A stretch of 64,000 bases of DNA, taken from assembly GCA_027923505.1 (NCBI GenBank), contig BROI01000015.1:682001-746000 (forward strand), written 5' to 3'. The position numbers and the translations under genes were made by a program. Every line of letters begins with the position of its first letter. The first letter of the stretch is position 1. The stretch is from Mayamaea pseudoterrestris (taxonomy: Eukaryota). Below are positions 1-12,200 of the stretch, piece after piece. The notes below the pieces were generated by a model. It searched no databases, had not been told where the DNA came from, and saw only the letters and a program-made list of their open reading frames with translations.

Positions 1-36
1 AGGATATCGCATAAGCTACTGCATAAACGAGCAACC

Positions 37-1378
37 ATGAAGATCACATTGAGCTTGGCATGCTTATCATCGGCTTTGGCCTTTTCTCCTGCCTTGATCG
101 CACATCAAAAGCGGTGAGTGATGATCATGGCATGCTGCTGCTGCTACTGCAGTTTTAACGTGCTAGAATAATTACTGACATTTCTGATTCTGTTTCAGAT
201 CTCATTTAAAGTCTGCCGTCATGGAAGACACAGCGACAGTCACCATGACTAGCAGCAGCAGCACCTCGGATGACGCTCCCGCCAAGACGAAGCTTCCAAC
301 GCGATTTGATACATTTCTAAAAAAGTACAAGGGCCGACGCCCTATTGTCGTTGAATCAGACGAGGTTTCCTTCACATACCAAGATTTTGCTACTGCCGTA
401 CAAAACACTGAATATTCGTTCCAACGAGACGCGATTGTGCCAGGCATGGCCATGGAATACTCTGGCAACGGTGCGCTCATTGACATTGGCGCCAAGGCGA
501 GTGCCTTTCTTCCGTTGCAGGAAGCTGCACTGACGCTGCTACCTGGCCAGACGATTGGTGACATTATTCCTTTAGAGCAAACCATGGACTTTCAAATCAT
601 TAGCGAAGAAAACGAGGAAGGACAGCTTAACGTTAGCATCCGACGCTTGCAGTACAAGAAGGCTTGGGAGGCTGTTGTCAAGCTTGCCGAGCAGGATGCC
701 ATTATCCAGGCTCCAGTCATTCAAGTAAATCGCGGTGGTGCCATTTGTTTGGTGGAAGGACTGCGAGCATTTCTGCCCGGATCGCACTTGTCCGGCCGAC
801 TGCCCGACGAAAATCTTGTTGGCGAAACACTTCCATTAAAGTTCCTTGAAGTCAATATTGAAACAAACAAGCTTGTAGTTTCCAACCGCAAGGCCGTGGT
901 CGAGTCGCAAATGGCTGACCTTAGTCGAGGAGACCTTGTTGAAGGTATCGTCAAGGCGCTCAAACCATACGGAGCTTTTATTGAGGTCGGCGGCATGTCG
1001 GGACTTTTGCACATTAGTCAGATTAGTTACGATCGTATCGACGATCTTGAAAAGGTCTTGCAGCCAAACATGCGCGTCAAGTGCATGATCATTGACCATG
1101 ATAAGGTAAATGGACGCATTGCGCTCAGCACCAAGACGCTCGAGCCGCAACCAGGTGACATGCTCAAGGATGCCAACATGGTCTTTGAGAAGGCTGAGGA
1201 AACCGCCAAGGCTTACCTTGAAAAGATGGAAAGGGAGAGACAACAACGAGAGGAAGCTGCTCGGGATGTTGTCTTGAGTCTGGGCGACTCTTTAGACGAT
1301 TTGACTGGTGGTGCGGATGGAGATTCGAGTGACCCGCTCCAAGATGTTTCGGATAGCCTCGACTCCCTCTTGTCGTAA
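37..1378 (+). CDS. rps1: Nucleus-encoded plastid 30S ribosomal protein S1; exons 37-113 and 199-1378
   Basis: Three S1 repeats (GALIDIGAKASAFLP, NRGGAICLVEGLRAFLPGSH, KPYGAFIEVGGMSGLLHISQIS). Exon 1 (MKITLSLACLSSALAFSPA) is a signal peptide with an ASAF-like motif. Intron 114-198 (GTGAGT...TACTGAC...TTTCAG) joins it in frame to ORF 221..1378. Confidence 0.92.
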
Positions 1379-1475
1379 GCATATTAATGAATTACAGTTA
1401 AACTAGCTCATTATTGTTACAAATGGATGGATTGCACAAACTGGTGATTCCTCATAGCGTCGCCTACGAAACGCA

Positions 1476-2773
1476 TCACACATTTGTGGCTTGAGTTGGA
1501 ACTTCACTGGGGCTGAGCGGATCCTGAGCTTGCGCTGACTGCGGCTGCAGTTCGGCTTGACTGGGCTGCCCAACTTGCGCATGTCCTTGATCCATTGAAT
1601 ATGGTGCGTGTCCCTGCTCACGACTTTGGAAGAACATTCCCTCGTCCATTTCCACGACACCCAGAGCACGACATCCATCCGCCCAATAGTGTTTACCGCC
1701 ACATGCATTATCCTTCCGCTCTCGCAATCGCTTGAGATCGTCGCGAATCGCAGCCGGAATGGTTTGGCAAGCCTGGATCAGGTGGCTTTCGACGGACGAT
1801 GATGTTAGTATGACACGCTGCCCTGGACGTCCCTTCATACACGGTCGACTACCTACCTGCTTGCCATGTTTTGCGCCGCTTGATAGACTCCCAGTAACTT
1901 ACTGGGATAATAGACAGCTCCACGTCCCCGACTGCGAAGAGGATATCCCGAGCAGTGACGGCATCGCAATCCGACCTGATTCGCACAGACGACACATTAC
2001 ATGAGAGGGACCTGATCTGAGGTATGTCCAACCACACATTTGCATGCACTTATACATACCTGACCCAAAACAACCGGCTTCTTCCGTCCCTGCGTATTGC
2101 ATTCAATATCTTCCGGCCCCGCTTGAAAGAGCTCCAACTGCTTGCGCAGCAACGATTGATAGTCGGATAGCTGCTCCACGTCGCACTGCATAAATAGCGG
2201 CGTCCCCTGCGCAGCTGGCGTGCGCCCATGGCTGTGCATCATCATCATGGCCATGAACATATTGTGCGGATTGTTTGCGCCGCCGGGCGGATAGGGCGGT
2301 GGAGGAATTGGCATGTGGGAAGGAGGGGATCGGCCGTATGGCATCAAGAATGGAGGCATGTTGCTAGGCGAAAAGCCAGGCGGAAATGGAAACGGTAATG
2401 GCTGAGGTCGGTTGACAGTGTTTGGAGTGGACATTACATTGGATTCCGCCGCAGCCGAAGCATCCTTCAGCTCATCCAATTCCTCGCCTGAAGCTTTCGT
2501 TTCTCCGTGATGGTCAGACTTGCTTGCAGAAGGAGGGCTACGAGAAGTCCCCTCAGACTTATTTGGCGTCGTCTGCAAGAAAGGCGGATGCCCAAACGGA
2601 GGAGGTGGATAATAATATCCGTACATTGGATATCCTGGGAAAGGAGGATGGATTGATCCAACTGGTGGGTGTTGCGGCGAAGGGGAAGAAACACCAGCGT
2701 CATCGTTTGGTGGACGGTGAGCTTGGATTGGTTCCGGGCTGAGTGCAATATGCTCCTCCGCGTCGATTTTCAA
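1476..2773 (-). CDS. Diatom-type hypothetical protein: Pro-rich N-terminus plus a conserved LSxYQxLLRKQ...VG(I/L)RCRHC...YYP...YQAAQN domain; at least 2 introns; start uncertain
   Basis: Intron 1976-2059 (GTATGT...ATCAG) joins ...KPVVLGQ to VGLRCRHCSGYPLRSRGRGAVYYPSKLLGVYQAAQNM. A second intron (~1786-1855) leads into HLIQACQTIP...GGKHYWADGCRALGV, with the stop at 1476. Confidence 0.75.
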
Positions 2774-3277
2774 GCGCTTGTTCTCGTCGGTTTCTGTGTA
2801 ATAAAGAAAACGCGCAAAAGATTAGGCTGACCATTCATGGCGAAGCCCTGTCCGTCTCAAGTTGCAGGTTGCAACCACATCGCTGCCCTCTTCGGGTGGG
2901 TGAACGTCTTGAACAAAAACACCTACCATCATCAAAATCCTCCTTTCGTTTCGGCGGTGAGGACGTTTCCTCTCCCTCTCCTCCTGTCATTGTTTATTGC
3001 AAAGGATGAATGAGCGATGCGTCGGGAGGACGTTTTAAACGACGGCCCTTCTTGTTTTGTGCCATGGTGGATCACGTTTCCAACGCCAGCCAGTCTTTCA
3101 AAGTCCCACCGGTACTGATAAAGCTACTTCAACCATGCTTCCCAAGTGACTGTTAGTACTATGTCATTCGCGCTGGTCTACTATTATTTGCAGGACATTG
3201 TCATGGCAAGTAAAGACGTTTCATATTGGAATTTAAAGGAACGAGTGAGGCTTGTAGGCGCAAGCCTAGCAGTCGCG

Positions 3278-6200
3278 TTACTTCTGCTTCTGCCTCAAAA
3301 ATTGCCAAAGCTCCGCCGCCTTCGAGTCTTTCGGTGTGTAGCCGTTCAAGCCCAGAATCGTTCCGCTGCTGATGCAGTCGAACAACCAATTGTACTCAAC
3401 AACAAGAACCTGTTCAGAATGTGCTCGAACTGCTTCTTCCAGAGGACGACTTATCTTTGTCGTGGCGTTACACAGGCAAACTAGGTTTTGTTTTAAGGAA
3501 AGCAGCTTCTTAGCCGCGCCGGCATTTGGAAGAATACTTGCTCCAGCAGCTTTGATAAGAATGCTCATGTCATGAGTTTGCTTATCAAAAGAGCCGCATA
3601 AAAGAAAAGCGACACCACTCAAAAGATGAGCTCCAATACCCTGCATCTTCGCAGCAGCTTGCTTGGCTACACCAAAGACGCATGATTTGTTGTTGATGTC
3701 TCCGCTCGGCAATGATCGAATGATGGTTGCCGCTGCTGGTACGACGATGCGGGTGCGGGTCAAGCATTCGGAAATCCAGGATTGTGTGACAATCTCAATG
3801 CCAGCGAGCGCCGCCTGCATCGCCTTCCGGCGGCGGGTCTTTGCAGTGAGATCGCCAGAACTGTTGGACACTTTTTGTTCGGCAGGAAGAATGAGAAGTG
3901 TTGTTTTGTTACTGTCAAAAGTGTCCGAAGCTTTGACGCGCGCTGTGGCATGTGAATGAAACTGTCAGGCACGGAGTCGACTTGGTGTCTTTAAAAGGAC
4001 GAGTACGTACCATTCCACTTGATGCTTTTCGAGCAAAGAGATTTGAGCTGTGCAGCGTCGTGCGCCGATAAGCTGGAAGTGACAACATGGATTGTCTTCT
4101 TTGCCAAAGCTGTTTCAAAACGCTGCATGTACCATTCATCCGCCTGACGACAAACATCGCTCGTCGACAACATTGACAAAATGCCTCGATTGATTCCAGA
4201 CTCACTATCTACCGAGGCGCTTCGTTTACTGTCTGCATTGGTATTCGTGATAGCCTTGCGTTTCAATCCGCGGGCAGGTGGAAGAGCTATTGCTGTTTCA
4301 TTTTCTTTCCCGACATCAAACCCGTCGTTTGCTAGTTTCTTTAGCAAGGCAGGTGGGAGATGACTTTCAATTGTTTTAGCGATACGACGCGAGGCACGTC
4401 GTAAACTCTTTCCACGAGGATTGTGACCTCCAGTTTCAGAGACAACTCGCGATGCTGCGTCGTTATTTGCATCGACAAGCGAGACAAAAACAGCGTCAAC
4501 CCTTGTCTCTCGTCCACCCAAGACGTATGCAACATCATATGACAAAACATGGTTTTCAATGTGAGCTTTAGTAACTCGTCCGACGCCGCCGTGTTTGTTT
4601 ATGCCTGGCCAGGTACGTGCCTTCACCATGACGACTTGTCCGACGCTAAAGACTGCCGGCGATTGCTCTGTAACTTCCGTTTGGACGATAGGAGCATAAC
4701 TATCATCATTAGCGCTGCTCATGGCAAAGGGTTCGCCAGTCGCCGCAAAAGTTGGTCGTTGCGCTTGATTAGCAACCACCTTGTCATTCGCTGTTCCTTC
4801 ATCGCTGGCTAACGCCGGAAGAGCGCTGACGCATTCGTTGCTAACTAAAGCGTCAACATTTACATCTGTTGTTGTTTGTACTTGCTCTTCGCAAGCGGAA
4901 TCGACGAACAATTCGCAGGTCTCGTCGTTCGTGGCGGAAACATTGCTAGACGTAGCGACATTAGTTGAAACAGTCGTTGCATCTTTGCCAGCCAGCTCTA
5001 TGCCTGCTTGGTTTTCATCAAAGATTGGATCCGCTATCAAAGCGTCCCTAGTGCTAGCCGCAACTGCATGAGAAATTAGGTCAAGCCCGTTGCCGCCGCC
5101 GCCATCGTCATCATCGGTATCCTCGTCCGTCAGCTGGCCCATGGGAGGAGGAAAGTTCGCCGCGGCGACGGCGGCAACTCTTTGCATCGAGGACTCGTCG
5201 CCCGATGTCGTGCTATCGTCGTCAAGCGATGAATCCATGTCGACCGCATCTGCAATGTCATCAGCTTCCTTGTCGTGCTTGTCATTATCTTCTTCCAAGT
5301 TGTAACGCGATGGAGCGTCCGACGTGCGATCCGAATCTTCAGCTTCAAGCTCGACTGAATCCTCTCCAAGCTGCTGCTGATGCTGTACTTCCCCCGTCGT
5401 TTTGTATGATCCATGCTGCGTGGGACTGTCATTCATGGTTGCTTCCAAGCGCCGCGTATCTGCCGCGGAGGACCGTCGCTTGCGAAAGATTGCCGCCGTG
5501 TCAGTGCTTGTCAAACAGGCTGGTATTTCATCACGTTCGGTCGAATCATCCTTGTAATTTGTAACAAGATTCATTCCAGCAGCATCTGTTTGACCAAAAT
5601 TTGTATTTCGAAAGCAAGGAGTTGTTGTTGGTAGCATTTTTGGATCAGTTGCATACGCAGCTTCCAATGGTCGCTTGTCCTCGTCGCCAGTCGCCTTGTA
5701 CCCATGTTCGTCTTCGTCTGCATCATATTTTACTGCTTCGTTCAAATTGGAGTCTTGTCGCGCCGAGTAGAAGGACTCCTGCGATGCTTCAATCTGGCGT
5801 TGGGCATCCAGTAGCGCCTTGTAATTGGCTTCGACGACGGCTACTTGGCGTTCCTTCCAATTCATTCCTGTTTCGTGCTTGATGCGAGGATCCCTTTGCT
5901 GTTGGTCTGGCATGAAGTAATGCTGGATCCGTGAAACGTTGAGATGCTCTTCAATTTCGTCAATCGAAAGAGAAGGATCATTCATTCGATCGACTTGCTG
6001 CGTCATGGCCGTGACAGTAGGATCGTAAACGACTGGTGCAAGCCCAAAGACGCGAAGCATCTTTTTCACGGCTCGGATTGTCTCCTCCACATAGTCATCG
6101 CATTCGCCAATGGACCGTCGGTTCGCATCTTTCTTGCAAATCGGACATTTTGGAGATACTCGAAGCCAATCCTGAATGCATCCGTGGCAAAATACGTGAA

Positions 6201-6345
6201 TACACGAGAGTTGCACTGGTTCAGTGGTGGAATAGTTGCAAATGGGGCATCGCAGGGCCCGACTCATATTATCGAGCGACGACTTTAGCGATGAGCTTAA
6301 GGTTCTCATTTCTGCCTCATTGATTGGATTATAGTTAGTCGCCAT
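3278..6345 (-). CDS. BRCA1/BARD1-like protein: N-terminal RING, acidic linker, SH3/Tudor-like module, C-terminal BRCT repeats; intron 3943-4010
   Basis: C3HC4 RING (CPIC...CIHVFCHGCI...CPIC). BRCT signatures KAMQAALAGIEIVTQSWISECL and VVEYNWLFDCIS. The GTACGT...CACAG intron restores the frame between ORFs 3991..6345 and 3278..3871. Confidence 0.8.
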
Positions 6346-6858
6346 TTTGCTTGATTACTGGGCCAGTTTTAGCGTATGCAAAGTAGTAACGATCGATGCT
6401 CCAAGCTCCAATGCGTCATGGTGACGCTGCTGATGTGCGCGCCATCATTCCAATGAGAAGATGTCGCACCGTTATCCCAACGGACATTCAACCTTTTTCC
6501 GAAACAGCTCCGTTTCTTCGGATTGTTTGGCTTTTGTCTCACGTCTCATGCCGAGATTAATGCACGAACCAAGCAAGCAGCAGAATGGGCAAGACGATGG
6601 ATAATTACAAGCTACTCAGTAATACTGTACGCAAGTAGTGATTCTGGAAGTCCGGTAAAGAAACTCCAGCAATCGTGTCAGGCAAACAAATCATGGAATC
6701 AATCTTTAGTGTCAAGAATCGAACAAGGTCACAGCGACAAGCCATTGACGAGGATATAGAAAGGCCTGAGAATGCCTTGTCTTCGACTCAAACATTGAAG
6801 TTAAGATATACGACTCATCAATCTTGCAGTTTGGACTTAACATTGGAATCCGAACACA

Positions 6859-7881
6859 ATGTATCTGTATCTGATGAACAACCGTCCTCCCACAATATCC
6901 ACTATTAGCCGAACATGCCTTCCACTCCACCAGGAACATGCTGATGGCAAGCCCTTTATTGCTACAAGGTTTACTGATGCTAATCGAGCTCGTTTGCTGC
7001 TGCTTGGTGCATCAGCTTTGTATGGAACAAACTTTTCTTTCGTCAAGCTCATTGGACGAGCAAACATACCCGTCGGCGCATCAAGTACCTTACGATTTGG
7101 AATGGCGGCGCTAACAACCTTTCCCTGTTTACTAAAATCAGAAGGTCTAAGCACGAAGGAACAATGGATGCCTATTCTACTCGGTTGCGAGATTGGTCTC
7201 TACAATGCCATGGGGTATGTTGCCCAAGCAATTGCCTTGAAAACGACTTCGGCAAGCAACGCGGCTTTTCTTTGCAGCTTGGTCGTAATCGTCGTTCCGT
7301 TTCTTGACTTTTGCAAGGGCAAGTGCCTTTCGCGACAACAACTCTTTGGAACATTCATGGCTATTGTCGGAGTTGGACTCTTGCAAATGGGTAACTTTTT
7401 GGCAACCGGTAATGCAACGTTTGCGTTATCATCGGGAGATTGGGCAAACATTTTGCAACCGATTTGTTTTGGAATGGGTTTCTGGAGAATGGAACATCTC
7501 ATGGCCAAATACCCAAGTCAAGCCAAGCGGTCGACAGCGGCGCAGCTTTTGATCGTGTTCCTTGTGTGCTGGGCCTTTAGTGCATTGGCCGAACCCGGGG
7601 CGTTGCAGATGGAACAAGTGTTGGTATGGCTATCCGACGCGCACATTCTCTTTGGAGTCTTTTGGACTGGATGTATTAGCACTGCCTTGACCGTCTTTAT
7701 GGAGACGGTTGCGCTTAAATCGCTGTCAGCGGCCGAAACAACACTCATCTTCTCGACAGAGCCTATTTGGGGAGCGGCATTTGCAGCTGCACTTATTGAC
7801 GAACACCTCGGCATTGATAGAACGATAGGTGCAGTTTTGATTCTGCTGGGTTGCGTATCCAGTAATCTTGGACGGCGATAA
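6859..7881 (+). CDS. EamA/DMT family drug-metabolite transporter
   Basis: About 10 hydrophobic helices; motifs LYGTNF, LRFGMAA, AFLCSLVVIVVP and ETTLIFSTEPIWG. Confidence 0.88.
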   Translation: MYLYLMNNRPPTISTISRTCLPLHQEHADGKPFIATRFTDANRARLLLLGASALYGTNFSFVKLIGRANIPVGASSTLRFGMAALTTFPCLLKSEGLSTKEQWMPILLGCEIGLYNAMGYVAQAIALKTTSASNAAFLCSLVVIVVPFLDFCKGKCLSRQQLFGTFMAIVGVGLLQMGNFLATGNATFALSSGDWANILQPICFGMGFWRMEHLMAKYPSQAKRSTAAQLLIVFLVCWAFSALAEPGALQMEQVLVWLSDAHILFGVFWTGCISTALTVFMETVALKSLSAAETTLIFSTEPIWGAAFAAALIDEHLGIDRTIGAVLILLGCVSSNLGRR

Positions 7882-8013
7882 GATAAATACAAGGAGGTGA
7901 CTCAACACGTCAAGCAATTGCGCTTTGGCGAAAGCAAGTAACGCAAATGCTTGAACTAGCAGTCAACTAACTATTGGTTTTCGGTTTTGTTTAACTGTAT
8001 ATAATCATCTCGA

Positions 8014-9042
8014 TTAGTCGTGAATTGACAGCTCCTTCTTTTGCTGCTCTAGACCCTCGGCAATATCAATAAGCGAATACGGAACGCCAGTCCTAGCGTT
8101 CCATATAGGCGGGTACCATACATGGTAGCCCAAAGTTGCAGCCAAACTTCCCAAGAGTAGTCCAGCCACAACGTCAGCGTGATGATGCCAGTGATCAACC
8201 AATCGCGAGGCAGCGACAAATATGCACCAGGACAGCAGCATTGTGCTTGCCGAGACACACAGGAAACGCTTCTGCGCCATGGATAGTTCATTGCTTGACC
8301 TTGATAGTATCAATCCGCAAACATACCATGTCAAGAACACGGAAGCACATGCCGACAATGATGAATGACCCGATGGAAAGCTAAAGTTGGCTTCGCGAAC
8401 AAGCAAAACGTCGGCCAAACATCGCTGAGTCGCCATCTCGAATCCGCACAGCGCATAGTAGTTTGGGCGAGGACGCTGAACATAGAGTTTCAGCAGTTGC
8501 GTTGGTCCTTCCGACAAGCCAAGTGCAGTGCCAAAGGCACAGAGCGACGCATGCACGTAATGGATTCGTTGCCAGGCAAATTTCAGCCGTAGATTCATCA
8601 GCCAAGCGCTCACAAGTATGAGAATAAAGGGCATCAATATTGAAGACAGAAGCAAAATCGATGTAGGTATAGTAGCTGGTTCAATTAATGGATGGCTGAG
8701 CTCCTGATTAAGTAAAACTTGTCCATCGTCCAATAGTTGGTATGGAGGAAGTTTCGTCGCCATGGTAGTTTCAATGGCAGTCATGTATCGAGGCACATGC
8801 CATGAAGCGAGCATAAAGAGTGTGACGGCCAGAGCATGCTGGAACAGCTGATGATGCTCTTTGGCTCTACTAATGGACGAAACATCGTTATACAAATCAT
8901 CGGCCGAGCCAGTTACGCTCGAATATTGCGACCCTCGAGCCATGCTATTGTTGCTTCGCGACGAGCTTCGTGACAACGATCGGAGAGGTGCAACCTCAAG
9001 ATCGTCCATCGTATCAGCTTTTTGATATTGCCTGCTAATCAT
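8014..9042 (-). CDS. PAP2-family lipid phosphate (phosphatidate) phosphatase
   Basis: Three PAP2 motifs (KLYVQRPRP, SFPSGHSS, SRLVDHWHHHADVVAG) plus transmembrane segments. Confidence 0.92.
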   Translation of the reverse strand: MISRQYQKADTMDDLEVAPLRSLSRSSSRSNNSMARGSQYSSVTGSADDLYNDVSSISRAKEHHQLFQHALAVTLFMLASWHVPRYMTAIETTMATKLPPYQLLDDGQVLLNQELSHPLIEPATIPTSILLLSSILMPFILILVSAWLMNLRLKFAWQRIHYVHASLCAFGTALGLSEGPTQLLKLYVQRPRPNYYALCGFEMATQRCLADVLLVREANFSFPSGHSSLSACASVFLTWYVCGLILSRSSNELSMAQKRFLCVSASTMLLSWCIFVAASRLVDHWHHHADVVAGLLLGSLAATLGYHVWYPPIWNARTGVPYSLIDIAEGLEQQKKELSIHD

Positions 9043-9289
9043 GGTTGACTACCTGGCAATGTACGAGTCACTATAATGGCGGCAAAGGTCTGCAAAATGA
9101 ATTGTAAGCGGATAATGCATTCGCGCGATGTCGCGGTCGCGCGTATCCTGTCGTACCGTTACAAAATCATGTCACTTTACACAACTTCATCTCACACAGT
9201 CAATGCTACGATGACTATACATATATTTTAAACTACTAGTATCTGTACTGTTCTATAATGAACGTAGCGCAAGTCTATAAGGACTACTT

Positions 9290-12200
9290 CTATGCTGCAA
9301 TTCCTTGTGACATGTATTGAAACAGATCGTACTGTCGCGTGCCGTAGGAGGTAGCTGCCTGGCTGATCAAGTCCAATGCAAAAGCCACCGTTTCTTCTTT
9401 GGACTTGTCTAGGCAAAAGCGTTCACGCAAGGAATCGACAATTTCATCAGGTGCACGTCCTTCAAAACACTTGAAAGTGCTGCCGCTGCACATGATTTCG
9501 ACAATAGTCAAAAATGTTTCGGCGTACGACTGAAGCGCCAAAAACCCGCAACAAAACAACGTGACGAACTCGGAGAACAGTGGTGATTTTAACCCACCCA
9601 TGACATCCAACATTTCCTCCGTTAACTTGAAGGGGGAGTACATTTCAAGGCTGAATGAGCCTCCAGGTGCCTTGCCAAAAACAAACCCGAAATCTATATG
9701 AATAACATGCCCAGCAGTGTCAAGTAAAAGATTGCCATTATGCCTGTCCTTCACCAAGAACAAGTACGATATGAGCGAGTACGCCGCCAGACTGCGAACA
9801 AAATTTAGCTGCGCCGCTTTCAGTGCCTCAATTGGATCGGCCGTGAATTCACACATCCTGCAGAGATGCTCGCGAAGTCCGCCCTTGCCGTATCCAGGCC
9901 TCTTCTTCAACGCGTCAAACGACATGGCATTGCGCACCATTTCAACGACACCAGTCGACCGACCAGTAGCAAGAATTCTATAGGGACTAATCCACAGCTC
10001 CAATCCAGCAAGCTCAAGTGCTTCCTGTGACAGCTCGATCAGTTGCATGATGAATTGTTCCTGACGCAAGTCATCGTTACTCTTAACAATAACACCTTGT
10101 AGGTCCCAACCAGGAATCATGCCGACTGGACTTACTGCTGCAAGTCGTGCTTTCTTCTCCGCCCATCGTTCGCCAAACGCAAAGCGGCCCCAGAAGTCAC
10201 TGTCCTCGACAAGTTTTTCGGCGTTCTCGGCATCATACAGAACGGAGTGCTTCACAAATAGAATATCTTTCTTTACGAGCTCCAGCAGTTCCGCGCTTGA
10301 CACCATTTCTCCCTTCCAGAGTGTGAGTGCTTGTAAAACTGCCGGAGGTAACGGTCCACAACCAACGAGGCGCCGATCAATGTCTCCTGCCTCCACCGTT
10401 GGACAATCGCTGCGGTCTAATGGAAGGCCTCTGGCTGCACGTTCCGATATACGGCTGTCCGATAACGTACGGCTAATTGATGTGTGTTGCAGGACTTTAG
10501 CGGCATCGGCAGGGCTGAGCTTTCCTTGTGCGACCCGATGCTGAATGAGAAGCAAACGGATTGACTCCATCACTTCGTCTTCTTCCGACCGACGCACTTT
10601 CACCTCATTGGCGGGCATCGTGGCAGTGATACCCATGGACACAAGCTTTTCGCGCGTTCCTTCAACGTCATTCGACTCTGATCCATCATCCTTTTCGATA
10701 TCACCCACCAAAAGCTCCATCGCTTGCCTTCGTTCTAACTCTTGTAAACTGCGCGTCACAGAATCTGCCGTGCCTGCAGCAATAGTGTTTCCTTCCATTC
10801 CTCGTATCATGATGGCATTTAATACCTCCCGTCTGATGTCTCCAGTAGGAGCAAGAGCATGGGATCCATCGTTACTTCGAGTACGCGCAAAACTCCTTTT
10901 GGCCTGCAGCTTCTCGCATACGATTCTCGCGACTGGTTGCTCGCTCTCTGCAACGTCCACCACGGCCTCTTTAACGCCGCGAAAAATGGTGGCACGTTCC
11001 ATTGCAATGCTTTCCTCATCCTTCGGTGGAGCAGGCGGAAGAGGGAGCTCTGGCAAATCCAAGGATGAAGCCCTCATATGTTGGGCCATAACAGTGGTTA
11101 GGAGCTCCTCGACATCCTTTTTTGGCGTTGGCGGAGCACCTCCTCGGTCGTTTCCGTCAAATCTTAGTAAAGCAGCGGCTTTGCAAACAACATAACGAAA
11201 GAGCGTAAGTAACAAAAGGGATCTCGAATATTTTGCGACATGACGATTAAACTCACCTTTCGGAGATCGAGGTGTAGGATCCGAATGCTGAAACGATCCT
11301 TGCAAAACGTCACATGCGGGCACGGTCGGTTTAAATTCCATAAACGCTTCTATGGAAGATGCCACGACACAACCAATCGATGTTTCGACCTTGTCGTTCT
11401 CTTCAAGGTCCGCTAATTCTTCTCCATGCTTCGCATCGGTGACCACTAAACCAGCAGACTCGTCGTCGGGTTGTTGCATCGCAAGTGCTTCATCGCTGGG
11501 TGTGGAATTCATTTCGTCTTGATCTTCTACAGCCTCATCCAGATTGTCGCTCACGATTTCCATGAGTAAGAGTACTGGCGTGCGCTCCTTGCTTCGAAAC
11601 ACATGCCCCTCGGTGCTTGGGACTCGAACGACACGGCAAAGATCTTTCTGGGCAGCGTTGAGTGGATCGCCTCCCATGGCACCAGATGAGTTGAGTAGAT
11701 GAAGCTCTTCAGCAAGCGCTGCCGAACGTTCCTCGACTTCCATGTGACGCAATCTGTCCGCAATGTCGCATATACGCTTCGTAAAATTTAAATGAGAAGA
11801 GTAATAATCAGCATTCCGTGCAATTCGCAGCTTCTCCTGCACCGCAAGCTCCGCTGGCATATCGTGACTCAGATTTGACAGTTTTTCATGTCGATAGGAC
11901 CGAGCCAAGCGGCAGCCACTTCTTTCCCTGGTATCCTGGATTTGAAACATAGCCTTTCTCATTCGCTCCATTTGGTCAACCGTGGGCGCAAACATTTTTC
12001 CAAGTGCAACCGTTCCGCTGCCAAATCTATCGACAGCGTCGAACAATAGTGATTCCAGCTCGCATAAGAAACGCATTATGGCAAAGCGACGACGCTTATA
12101 TGTTGAGGAAGGCAAAGTCGATGTGTTTGTACTCAGCGAGTCCTCCAAATCAGCCGTATGACTCCAGGTTAATTCGAGCGCCAAATGAACCGAGTATTTG

